From a virus (Duplodnaviria; Caudoviricetes), in IMG/VR virus record IMGVR_UViG_3300031647_000045, positions 1 through 28,737 of that record: a DNA stretch of 28,737 nucleotides, one strand, 5' to 3'. How positions within the stretch are numbered: the stretch's first letter is position 1; each line of letters begins with the position of its first letter. Under the pieces are notes generated by a model, which worked only from the letters and a program-made list of their open reading frames with translations, made no database searches and was not told where the DNA came from. Both the position numbers and the translations under genes were made by a program. Below are positions 18,248-26,867 of this stretch, one piece after another.

Positions 18248-19423
18248 TTAATTTTTAAATTTATTGTTTTTAATCTTGAACTTGTAATCAGAAGAACTAT
18301 CACCTAACACCTTGAACTTAGTACCATTCGTTTTAATTTCCCCATGACTTTGTCTTGGGTTCATGTCAACGTTTTTGGATTTAGCGATACTATTTTTCAT
18401 AGCATCTGCTTTACCTTGTTCGTAAAAGTGGTTCGCGACAGCGTCGGGATTCATTGCTGTGTACAGAGATTTATGGTAACCCTTAGCATCTGACATTTCA
18501 TTATCTTTATTCAAGAACTTCTTGACAAAATTATTAATGTCGCTTTGGTTGTTTTTAACCTCTCCAGCGTTATTCACGTTAAACCTGTATTTCTTATCAC
18601 CGACGTTATATTCAAAACCTTTGAATTTGTCGTTAAAAACTTGTTCAGTTTTACTTAAGAAAGTAGATTGTTGTGCCTCTGCTATCTTTTGAGTCTCTCC
18701 TGACTCCTTATTGTACCTATCAAAGAAACTAATTGCATTTTGTTGCTCTGTTGTGAGCTTCGATCCGCCTTTAATGTCTTGATAGTATTTAGACTTTTGC
18801 CCGTCTAGGTGGCTTTTAGCGCTGGCAACTTGCTCTTTAAGCGCTAATTTCTTTCTACGTATATCTCTATCGTCGTCTACATCTTCGTCGAATGAGAATG
18901 TATCTTCCATTAGGAAGTTAATTTCTTCGTTGTTTAAATGAGGTTTTGTTTGCTTATAGAATTCATGTAGTAGATCATCATTATCCATTTCATTGTAATC
19001 TTGATTAAGCTTAACATAATCACTTATATCTCCACCAGTCTCATCTATAAAGTCAACTAATTTTTGGATATTTTCTGGTAAGGGTTTCCCGGTAGCCTCA
19101 GCCTCCGCTATAGCTTCAACAACTTGCTCTTCAACCTCTTCAACCTCTTCATCAGTAATTTCTTCTAATACTGGAGTTTCTTGTGCTTGAACTTCCGGTT
19201 GTACTTCTTCTTGTTCTTGTGTGGTGTCGGCATTTTCAACGCCATCAACCACTCCGCTGTCGTCAGTGTTACTTTCTTGAGTTTCATCTTGGATTGGTTC
19301 TGGTGGTTTGCTTAAATCCACCTTAGCAACATCGTTGTCATCAGCAGATTCAAATTTTGTTTCTTCAACCTGTTCGGTTGGGACTGTAGTCTCTTCGACT
19401 ACTTTTTCATTTTCTTCTTCCAT
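18248..19423 (-). CDS. Putative capsid scaffolding/assembly protein
   Basis: 391 aa between portal and capsid genes; very acidic, low-complexity N-terminal ~110 aa, helical core and basic C-terminus. Confidence 0.65.
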   Translation of the reverse strand: MEEENEKVVEETTVPTEQVEETKFESADDNDVAKVDLSKPPEPIQDETQESNTDDSGVVDGVENADTTQEQEEVQPEVQAQETPVLEEITDEEVEEVEEQVVEAIAEAEATGKPLPENIQKLVDFIDETGGDISDYVKLNQDYNEMDNDDLLHEFYKQTKPHLNNEEINFLMEDTFSFDEDVDDDRDIRRKKLALKEQVASAKSHLDGQKSKYYQDIKGGSKLTTEQQNAISFFDRYNKESGETQKIAEAQQSTFLSKTEQVFNDKFKGFEYNVGDKKYRFNVNNAGEVKNNQSDINNFVKKFLNKDNEMSDAKGYHKSLYTAMNPDAVANHFYEQGKADAMKNSIAKSKNVDMNPRQSHGEIKTNGTKFKVLGDSSSDYKFKIKNNKFKN

Positions 19424-19448
19424 AATATAATATAATAATAATTAATAA
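19420..19448 (-). repeat. 29-bp leader repeat, copy 2
   Basis: Identical to 16752..16780 and fills nearly all of the portal-scaffold gap. Confidence 0.9.
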
Positions 19449-19450
19449 TT

Positions 19451-21850
19451 CTAACTAGGATCAAACTTCCCCAAACTGAAATCACCACCTAGTATATCAT
19501 TACCTGATGACTCAAAGTTTTTAGCTGGTTTGTTGTTTTGTTTTTGATCTATAAGCTCACTTTGTTGTGATGCTTGCATTTTCGTTCTACTATCTTTACG
19601 ATCTTCTTTAACCGTGTCCTTCATATCGACTTGCTTCATGTTCATTTGTTGAAGTTGCTGGTTGATCTCAAACTCGAACTGCATTAACTTCATTTTGTGC
19701 TGAACTTCTAAATCCATTTGCTCATTTTTCAACCCAGCTTTTATTTGTTCTAATTGAGCTTGGCTTTGAGATATAGCTTGGTTTTTCTGAACCTCACTTT
19801 GAGCAGCTGCTTGTTGAGCTTGTTGATTAGCTTGAGCTTGAACCTGGATATTCTCTTGCTGCATTTTTTGATCGCGCTCCATCTTCTTTTTCCTCCTGAT
19901 CTTTAGTACTTGATTAGCTAGTTTAACATTTCTAATCTCTCTAACGTCAATAGCATCTTCTAAGTCTATTATCTTTTGCTGAAGAGCCATTTGAATGTTG
20001 TTTTCTAACAAAGCTTTCTCCTCTTCATCTGGCAGTAGCTCTAGGAATATACCGAAGTCATATAAGTGTAACTCAGACATCTCATCTAACGTAGCTAGAT
20101 TGTGTCCGCCGATTGCTTGCATGAATGCGTCTTTTGATGGAGAATACTCTAGTATGTCAGATATTCTAAGTGATAAACACTCACAAGTTTCAGCTGTTAA
20201 GAATAAACCCGCTTGTAACATGTGTCTTGTAGCTGTGTTTGAATTCGCTGCCGCTAATTTCTGAACACCAACTAAAGCGTTCTTATCTGGAGTACTACCG
20301 TCTCTAGCTTCGTTAAGACCAGTTACATCTCTTATCATTTGTAGATAGTAATTATACGTACCTATCAATGCTTGCATTTTATTACCACCAGATCCTGATT
20401 GTATTTCTTGAATAGGAACTTTCCCAGGGTTTTGATCACCCTCAGAAGTAAAACTCCTACCGATAACAGATCCTGTTTGGAAGAACATGTTTAGGGCTTC
20501 TTGTGGACTGTAATTCGTTCCATTACCTAAATCGATCTCAGCTAAACCATCAGCATCCAAGTAAACTCCATCAGGAACCATTCTAGACATTATTTGCTGT
20601 AATTTCAAATGAGTCAACTGGATCATATCCGCAAAACCAGTAATCTTCCTAACCAATGAGTCAATCTTTCCGTTATACATTCTAGGGGCGACTATAGAGT
20701 AATTCATTCTAACCTTAGTGTAATCACTCTTAGGTCTCATCATGTTCTTAGCTAATTCCCATTTAAGTAACCTATCAGTACCAAGAATCATAGCACCATC
20801 ATAAAGGCATTCTATAGATCTCTGTAGTTTAGAATAGTTGAAATCCACGTTCTCAGGTGGGTCAAACGAGTCATCTTTCTCAATTACCTTGGCAGAACCA
20901 CTACCAGTTTCCTTAACCTTGTAAACCTCGTTCATATAGGTCTTGTAGTTAAAGTATACTACTTGGATAGTATTAGTATCTCCTCGGTGGTTGGAGCTTT
21001 GGTTTAACTTGCTCTTCATTATCTCCTCTAAATCCGTCTCTGTTAGGTGTGGAAATTGCTTAGCTAATTCATTAACCGGAATGGTCTTTACTTCTCCAAC
21101 ATAATATATGTCATCGAAATAAGGTGAGTCTGTGTAAGAGTACACTAAGTTAGCCGGGTCAACGTAATCTATAACAACTCCCTCAGAAGTGTTAAAGCTA
21201 GTTTTTGTAGCTCCAATACCTATAACAGCAAGATCATGGTAAAACCTTTTCTTTATCAATTCAAACTTATTACCGTCCAACAAAGTATTTATAGCTTGTT
21301 CTTCAGCAATCTCTACGGCTTGCTTATATGATAATTGCATGTGTAATGCTAATTCTTCTTCAGAATCGGGTAACGTCTCCTCGTCGTGCTCTGAGACTTG
21401 TATCCCAAAAGCGTCTTCAGTGAAAGCGTTAAACTCTTTAGTTCGCATGTCAGCTAAGATAGAGTCCATATAAGCCGTTCTCTTACTAACACCATAAGGA
21501 TCTTGAGAGTACGCTTTTATATCATACATCCTAGAGCTCATACCGTTAACAACAATATCAACAAACTTTGAGATTATAGGGACTGGAGTCCAATCTAAAT
21601 TAAGATAGGACAAATCACCGTTGATCGATAACTCATCCTTATACTTTTGAATAGACTGCTCGCCTCGAGCATACAATCTTAAATTATGAAAATCGTTAGT
21701 ATTGGTCCCATACTTATTAGAACTACCATCATTACTGAACCATTCTTGCTCTATAGCTTTACCAACTTTTAAACCATACTCGTAGCTCAACTTTTCAGCA
21801 TCACTTACGGTTTGACTTGGGAAATAACTTTTAATGCCAGACTCTGCCAT
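19451..21850 (-). CDS. Portal protein
   Basis: 799 aa directly after the large terminase; PVPIISKFVDIVVNGM and IRDVTGLNEARDG segments and a long Gln-rich coiled-coil (barrel-like) C-terminus as in P22/crAss-type portals. Confidence 0.85.
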   Translation of the reverse strand: MAESGIKSYFPSQTVSDAEKLSYEYGLKVGKAIEQEWFSNDGSSNKYGTNTNDFHNLRLYARGEQSIQKYKDELSINGDLSYLNLDWTPVPIISKFVDIVVNGMSSRMYDIKAYSQDPYGVSKRTAYMDSILADMRTKEFNAFTEDAFGIQVSEHDEETLPDSEEELALHMQLSYKQAVEIAEEQAINTLLDGNKFELIKKRFYHDLAVIGIGATKTSFNTSEGVVIDYVDPANLVYSYTDSPYFDDIYYVGEVKTIPVNELAKQFPHLTETDLEEIMKSKLNQSSNHRGDTNTIQVVYFNYKTYMNEVYKVKETGSGSAKVIEKDDSFDPPENVDFNYSKLQRSIECLYDGAMILGTDRLLKWELAKNMMRPKSDYTKVRMNYSIVAPRMYNGKIDSLVRKITGFADMIQLTHLKLQQIMSRMVPDGVYLDADGLAEIDLGNGTNYSPQEALNMFFQTGSVIGRSFTSEGDQNPGKVPIQEIQSGSGGNKMQALIGTYNYYLQMIRDVTGLNEARDGSTPDKNALVGVQKLAAANSNTATRHMLQAGLFLTAETCECLSLRISDILEYSPSKDAFMQAIGGHNLATLDEMSELHLYDFGIFLELLPDEEEKALLENNIQMALQQKIIDLEDAIDVREIRNVKLANQVLKIRRKKKMERDQKMQQENIQVQAQANQQAQQAAAQSEVQKNQAISQSQAQLEQIKAGLKNEQMDLEVQHKMKLMQFEFEINQQLQQMNMKQVDMKDTVKEDRKDSRTKMQASQQSELIDQKQNNKPAKNFESSGNDILGGDFSLGKFDPS

Positions 21851-21855
21851 ATTTA

Positions 21856-24069
21856 TTACTTGATTATTTGTGAATTGTTTCCAGTATTTGAATATCTAGA
21901 AACCGTTATATTTAATTTTGGTTTTTCAACCGTTGCGTTTGGAGCGTACAAGTGTCTATTGTTAGCCATTATAGCTAAACCAGAACTTATCGATGCATCG
22001 TGCTTTGTTCTCTTGTTTATATCAAACTTGGACCAATCATTTAGAAGTTCGTTGAAGTAACAATCTCCATGTGTTCCATCTTGCTTAATACCTACGTGAT
22101 CTTGAATGTACATCTCAATAGCCGCGGCGTGTGCTTGTTTTATATCCTCACTTGAATTGGGTATTCCACCAACTTCTTTTTCCGCTACAGATAATTTGTT
22201 CCAAATTTTATCAGGTCTGTTCATACTAAACCCTCTATATCCTCTTCGCCTTAAATAGTACAGTAGACGTGGTTTGTTGTTCTCCGCTAATATTGGCATC
22301 CCGTAAAAAACTAAAGCCATTAAAACGTCTTCAAAGAACATCTCAGCTGTCGGGGGTCTTGATAGGTATTCTAAAAAGAAACTGTTTGCCGGAGCATCTT
22401 CCATGCTAAACTTCGTTAAACCGTGTAAAGCTCCTTTGGATCCAACTCCATCCACCGTCCCTGATATGTCATAACTATCACAACCAAAAGAACCCATATG
22501 AGCATTCCCAGGATGCTTAACCCCATTCTTTACAACCACATTGTTTTGCAGTTCCTGAGGTGGAACCCAACTTAACTTAAACCTACCCTTTGGGTCTGGG
22601 TAAAATATAACTCGTGAATCCTTAATTCCATTAACCCACTGAAAATTACCTCTAGTAATTCCTAACGTCCTAGACATCTCTTCATTGTAATCTATCTGCT
22701 CGTAAAGCTTTGTTAGATTAAATATACTTCCTTTCGTCTCGTCTCTAAACGCGTGTTCTGTTGTTCTTGGGAACTGACGGTAGAATTCATTTAACCCATC
22801 TGAATCATCTTTTAAACCATCAACTTCATTCTGCCAGTTATCTATTACACCTACATCTATCAGTTCACCGTCTGGTGCGAATCTATCGATATCAGGATTA
22901 GTAAAGACTGGAACTCCGTACTCGTCAATAAATCCCTCGTAGTTCCACTCCATTGGGATAAAAAGAGAGTATAGTCCAGACTTTGTCTGACCATTTCTAT
23001 TTCGTTTCGTGACATCTGATGAGTTGTATAATTTTTTAAAGTTCTCCCCTCCTTTATCTAAAGCATTTGATGTTGATCCCATCATACACTTACCGATAAT
23101 TCTCGATCCTAATCTTAAACAAGTTTTTGTAACTCTCCAGTTATTTAATATATTATCTGGTCTCTCCCACTTACCACTCTCATCATGCACTAGTAATGCT
23201 AATTTCTCACCATCATAACTATTGTCTCCAGTATTCTTCCAGTCAATCGTTGTGTCTAATCCTTGTATATCCTCTAACTTCTCATTCGCCGTGATCTTCT
23301 TTCTAGTAAACTTACTAGCGGGAACACGATAAGCAAGCTCGGATTTTGGGCGATCCATACCATCTTGTACAGGTTTAAAAAAGAATGGATAGTTAATTGA
23401 TATAGGGACAACCTTGTCGGTAAACATTTTTTTAGCATCAGCTCCAGATTTAGATAAGATTCCATATCTACTATCACTCGCTAGAGTAGCTAAATTAACG
23501 GTTTCCGCGGAAGACATAAAAGAAAATCCAGATCTTCTATTCTTAAGGTAGCACATCCCATAGCATCTCTTATCTGCTTTGCAGGCTTCCCAAAATATAA
23601 AGAACAATCTATTTGCTTCTCTAAAGTCAGCTGCACCAACATCAATCTTACTCCATTGCAGGTACATATAATGAGTGCCTGTTATCCAAGTTGATTCTCC
23701 ATTATTCGTAAACCAAAATCCTTCCTCTCTCCTTCTAAACTCCTCATCTATATAATCGTGCCATTGATCCTTTTGATCCTCTGGATAAGCACGCCAATCA
23801 AAGATGTTCTTTAAGCGCTCTAATTCTTCTGGCTGAGTAAATCTAACCCATTTATCTTTCGGGTCCTTATACACGTCCTTAGGTACTTTAGGTAGAGCGA
23901 TGACTAGGTTTTGTATCTCTATGATTTCTCCTATCTGACCATCGTGAGATAACACTATAATGTCATGGTCCTTATCATATCCATACTTCCACTTTTTCCC
24001 TTTGTTCATTCTAGAGATAGTGGTGTTCTTTATCGGTTCAACCGTTTTAACTAAACTTTGCTCGTACAT
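21856..24069 (-). CDS. terL: Terminase large subunit
   Basis: 737 aa; Walker A variant LKNRRSGFS, Walker B LLVHDESGKW, coupling motif GST, nuclease acidic motifs GCDSYD and KHDASI. Confidence 0.9.
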   Translation of the reverse strand: MYEQSLVKTVEPIKNTTISRMNKGKKWKYGYDKDHDIIVLSHDGQIGEIIEIQNLVIALPKVPKDVYKDPKDKWVRFTQPEELERLKNIFDWRAYPEDQKDQWHDYIDEEFRRREEGFWFTNNGESTWITGTHYMYLQWSKIDVGAADFREANRLFFIFWEACKADKRCYGMCYLKNRRSGFSFMSSAETVNLATLASDSRYGILSKSGADAKKMFTDKVVPISINYPFFFKPVQDGMDRPKSELAYRVPASKFTRKKITANEKLEDIQGLDTTIDWKNTGDNSYDGEKLALLVHDESGKWERPDNILNNWRVTKTCLRLGSRIIGKCMMGSTSNALDKGGENFKKLYNSSDVTKRNRNGQTKSGLYSLFIPMEWNYEGFIDEYGVPVFTNPDIDRFAPDGELIDVGVIDNWQNEVDGLKDDSDGLNEFYRQFPRTTEHAFRDETKGSIFNLTKLYEQIDYNEEMSRTLGITRGNFQWVNGIKDSRVIFYPDPKGRFKLSWVPPQELQNNVVVKNGVKHPGNAHMGSFGCDSYDISGTVDGVGSKGALHGLTKFSMEDAPANSFFLEYLSRPPTAEMFFEDVLMALVFYGMPILAENNKPRLLYYLRRRGYRGFSMNRPDKIWNKLSVAEKEVGGIPNSSEDIKQAHAAAIEMYIQDHVGIKQDGTHGDCYFNELLNDWSKFDINKRTKHDASISSGLAIMANNRHLYAPNATVEKPKLNITVSRYSNTGNNSQIIK

Positions 24070-24347
24070 TATTTAGATCTACCTTCTGCGAATCCCTTAA
24101 AAGTTTTTTCCTTTGCCTCTTCAGGTGTTTTACCCTCAAGCAAGTCTTCTTCTTCTTGGATTCTGTTAAGTATCTCAAATGCATCAAATATAGCTAGTTT
24201 TTTTGACGCTGCGGCATTCTTTAGTTTATCAGCTGTTAAGTCGTCTTCAGAATCAGTGACAATAGCTTCTTTTGCCACCTTAATCAGCTCCTCAACTGCT
24301 TTGTGCCCAGCTTGGATTATATTCCTCTTCGTTTCCTTGATGTTCAT
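24069..24347 (-). CDS. Putative terminase small subunit
   Basis: Likely start at ATG 24347 (MNIKETKRNII, 92 aa) rather than 24434. Helical, directly upstream of terL with a TAATG overlap. Confidence 0.6.
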   Translation of the reverse strand: MNIKETKRNIIQAGHKAVEELIKVAKEAIVTDSEDDLTADKLKNAAASKKLAIFDAFEILNRIQEEEDLLEGKTPEEAKEKTFKGFAEGRSK

Positions 24348-24882
24348 ACTTGATTGTAATAAAATTAGATAAAACTCGATATAGTCTCTCGCCATCAACG
24401 ATAAACTCGTATTCACCACCTGGTCTAAAACCAACTAGATCGTTTACTTCAGCTGTACCGTCAGAATATTTAACGATACCTTGTAAGGGTTCTTCGGACT
24501 CAATATTGAATTGGTCCGTAGTTTTTAATGGGGAGACAAAGCAGTATCCCCTAGGGCAAATCCACTCATCATCTCTCTTGTATAGAAAGATTTGATCTGA
24601 AGCTATAAAGTAAGTTGATTCGTCGAAGTAGCTTCTACTATTCTTCTCAACTCCCTTTACGTTATGCCAGCGTCTAAAGACGTTGTGGTGTACTAAAACT
24701 GTATCACCAGCAATTATATCCGCGTGACCAACAATTGGAGTAGACAGTACTGTGGCTTCTCTATTAACATACTGATGGTTGTAAATCTCAGTATTTAGAA
24801 TAAGCTCTCCACCGTCTAGTTTCTTGGTGTTGTTGTATCTCTCTCCTTTTGGCGTTACGACAAAGTCATATACGCTTTTCAT
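24292..24882 (-). CDS. Tandem GroES-like (Cpn20-like) protein
   Basis: 196 aa; both halves follow the GroES pattern. Half 1: MKSVYDFVVTP...GGELIL...ATVLSTP...IIAGDTVLV...YFIASDQIF. Half 2: PRGYCFVSP...GIVKYS...EVNDLVGF...EFIVDGERLYRV...ITIKYE. Confidence 0.55.
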   Translation of the reverse strand: MKSVYDFVVTPKGERYNNTKKLDGGELILNTEIYNHQYVNREATVLSTPIVGHADIIAGDTVLVHHNVFRRWHNVKGVEKNSRSYFDESTYFIASDQIFLYKRDDEWICPRGYCFVSPLKTTDQFNIESEEPLQGIVKYSDGTAEVNDLVGFRPGGEYEFIVDGERLYRVLSNFITIKYEHQGNEEEYNPSWAQSS

Positions 24883-25103
24883 TAGTATTCGAGGTTATAC
24901 TCGACTGACACCGCCATGTTCTTGTTAAAGTCCTTCCAAGGTAAAATGTCTTTTTTCTTTTTAATGTAGATAGAAAACTTTGTTTTCTCCTCTACGATAT
25001 CGCAGATAGTGTGTCCACCATACACTTCTTGCCCCACGGCATAGTGCATAGCGTCACTCTTATAATCTTTACCGATACTAATCTTTCTTATCAGCTTCGC
25101 CAT
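24882..25103 (-). CDS. Small conserved hypothetical protein
   Basis: 73 aa, beta-rich; TAATG coupling to the downstream gene and a 26-nt overlap with the upstream gene. Confidence 0.7.
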   Translation of the reverse strand: MAKLIRKISIGKDYKSDAMHYAVGQEVYGGHTICDIVEEKTKFSIYIKKKKDILPWKDFNKNMAVSVEYNLEY

Positions 25104-25377
25104 TCTCTGGATAGTTTATTGTTCCGTTTTTGATGTCAATATCGATAGTACCGTATTGCTTCTCCAACTCACCTTGTAGGTTCTCAAGCTCTCCTCTAAG
25201 TAACGTTATACCATGCATGTTCTCATGCTTCTGTAATTCCATAGCACCAACTTCTAGTTGACCTCTATTTATGTTATTAATTAGTTTCTGAACTGATTCC
25301 AATTGCTCGTCGGTAATTTTCTCTGGTTTAATACCTTTCAATTCCTTGATCTTTGCGTTTGTTCCTTTTGTAGCCAT
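25078..25377 (-). CDS. Small coiled-coil hypothetical protein
   Basis: 99 aa with a heptad pattern followed by LEKQYGTIDIDIKNGTI. Confidence 0.7.
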   Translation of the reverse strand: MATKGTNAKIKELKGIKPEKITDEQLESVQKLINNINRGQLEVGAMELQKHENMHGITLLRGELENLQGELEKQYGTIDIDIKNGTINYPENGEADKKD

Positions 25378-25406
25378 AATTTAATTTAATTTAATTTAAT
25401 TTAATT
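25377..25406. repeat. Pentanucleotide tandem repeat (TAATT)6
   Basis: Six perfect copies fill the whole gap between the holin stop and the next ATG. Confidence 0.95.
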
Positions 25407-25799
25407 TTACTTCTTTACTTTTTCTAGTGAACGTCCACCGAAGTAGGCACCGATCACGGTTATTAATACTAATTGTAATAAGTCTGTCCACTTGTCCTCA
25501 ACTACAAAGCGAATCGTACCAGCATCGATGAATATCATCAATACAGTAGATACCACTAAGAAGACTAATACTAATGGCCTTATGTTTTTACTAAGCCAAG
25601 AGTCAGATTGCATGTCCATCTTCCAGCGCTCAGTTACTTGCTTTTGCATCTCCGCCTCATAGCTCGCTACGAGTTCCTTGATCTTTAGTTCAGCTGCTAG
25701 TTTCTCGTCTTTAGAAGTATGTAGGTTATCTAAAATCCCACCTACACTCTTAACGAGTTTAGCTGCTCCACCAGACAATATGTTAGTTAGGATACTCAT
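25407..25799 (-). CDS. Holin, 3TM/gene-transfer-agent type
   Basis: 130 aa; RWKMDMQSDSWLSKNIRPLVL, two clear hydrophobic segments, C-terminal GAYFGGRSLEK and an N-terminal amphipathic helix. Confidence 0.8.
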   Translation of the reverse strand: MSILTNILSGGAAKLVKSVGGILDNLHTSKDEKLAAELKIKELVASYEAEMQKQVTERWKMDMQSDSWLSKNIRPLVLVFLVVSTVLMIFIDAGTIRFVVEDKWTDLLQLVLITVIGAYFGGRSLEKVKK

Positions 25800-26077
25800 T
25801 ATTTACCCTCTGCGTCTTCTCTCGCTTCGTGCGCTCTCTCTGCGTCGCTTCTTTTCTTATTGCTCCTTTCGTCTTTGATATCTTGTAAAGACTTAGCTAG
25901 TTGTTTTTTTGTTGGGTTATCGGTATCGTAGTCGTTTATAGCGTTTTCGTAAGCTGCCGATTCATCAGTATCCATAACATTACTGATTTTATCTACGTCA
26001 AACTTCTTAGTCTCTGGCCCTGCTTTTTTTGTAACTGGTGAGCTTTTGAAACTCATACCTTTCATTTTAAATGCCAT
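25799..26077 (-). CDS. Small charged hypothetical protein with MAFKMKG...SP leader
   Basis: 92 aa; TAATG coupling to the holin. Confidence 0.65.
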   Translation of the reverse strand: MAFKMKGMSFKSSPVTKKAGPETKKFDVDKISNVMDTDESAAYENAINDYDTDNPTKKQLAKSLQDIKDERSNKKRSDAERAHEAREDAEGK

Positions 26078-26086
26078 ATTTTATTT

Positions 26087-26503
26087 TTATTCGTTTCCGT
26101 TATTTGCGTCGTTTTCCCATGGGAAACCAGTATCTCCAGCTTCCTTCCATTGTCCATCTACTAATATTGAATCTACGCCATCAATATCTTCTCTTTCAAA
26201 TCTCTCTCCATTATACATGATGTGATCGTCATCATAAGCCAACTTACCAAGCTTCATGTCTGTAGCGTGTCTCATTTCGTGATTTACTGTTTGTCTGTAC
26301 TCAAAGCTAGTGGGGTCAAGCCTGTCACTCACATATATAGTTCCGTCCATATTAGCTTCACCCAAGATACCATCCCCAAGCGGTTTAGCTATGATAGGTG
26401 TTCCGGGGATAGAAGCCTGTTCGTTGCGTCTAAAACTCAACTTAGCTTTAATCTCACCGTTACTTGCTTGCAAACCTCTTTCTCTACCTAGTTTAAACCC
26501 CAT
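26087..26503 (-). CDS. Small zincin-like metallopeptidase
   Basis: 138 aa; GEA...GTIYV strand, HEMRH (HExxH) and a downstream PWENDA Glu as the likely third zinc ligand. Confidence 0.75.
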   Translation of the reverse strand: MGFKLGRERGLQASNGEIKAKLSFRRNEQASIPGTPIIAKPLGDGILGEANMDGTIYVSDRLDPTSFEYRQTVNHEMRHATDMKLGKLAYDDDHIMYNGERFEREDIDGVDSILVDGQWKEAGDTGFPWENDANNGNE

Positions 26504-26514
26504 TTATTTATTAT

Positions 26515-26865
26515 CTAAAATTTTTGGTTGATATTAGTTCCAGTTCCACCCTTCTTCTTAGTGTTTAAAGTCACACCCTCACCAAACTTGAAGTTACTCC
26601 CCTCTAATTCTTTAAGCTCTTTTTCGGCCTTTAATCTCTTCACTTTGTTAACCGCAGTCTCCGGCTTAACCTCCGCCTTTTTTTCTTTTTTTGCTGGTGG
26701 CTTGTAATACTTACTCGGATCTACGCTAACAACGTCAGGTGTTTTAGAATTACCTAAAGCTCTCCCCATCGCCATGAACTTCCCCATAATACTCTCCTCC
26801 TTGCGGAACGGAGTTTTAGCATTAAAATTCTGTGCAAATGATTTTCCCTTCTTAAAGTTTGGCAT
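26515..26865 (-). CDS. Small Lys-rich hypothetical protein
   Basis: 116 aa, basic and low-complexity; tightly packed between its neighbours. Confidence 0.6.
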   Translation of the reverse strand: MPNFKKGKSFAQNFNAKTPFRKEESIMGKFMAMGRALGNSKTPDVVSVDPSKYYKPPAKKEKKAEVKPETAVNKVKRLKAEKELKELEGSNFKFGEGVTLNTKKKGGTGTNINQKF

Positions 26866-26867
26866 AA

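Noticed and set aside
19131-19151. 9-bp tandem repeat (TCAACCTCT)
   Set aside because: It simply encodes EEVEEVE in the acidic low-complexity scaffold region.
23274-23477. 67-aa minus-strand ORF inside terL
   Set aside because: Alternate frame within the conserved ATPase domain, with no recognisable motif.
16830-24069. Introns or inteins in terminase, portal or capsid genes
   Set aside because: The ORFs are continuous, and no intein splice-junction or homing endonuclease motifs were recognised.
24348-24434. Longer N-terminus for terS given in the track
   Set aside because: It would deepen the overlap with the upstream gene and looks non-coding; ATG 24347 is more plausible.
25078-25377. Prefoldin-like role for the small coiled-coil protein
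   Set aside because: Tempting given the nearby chaperonins, but it lacks the helix-hairpin-helix layout and has no supporting motif.
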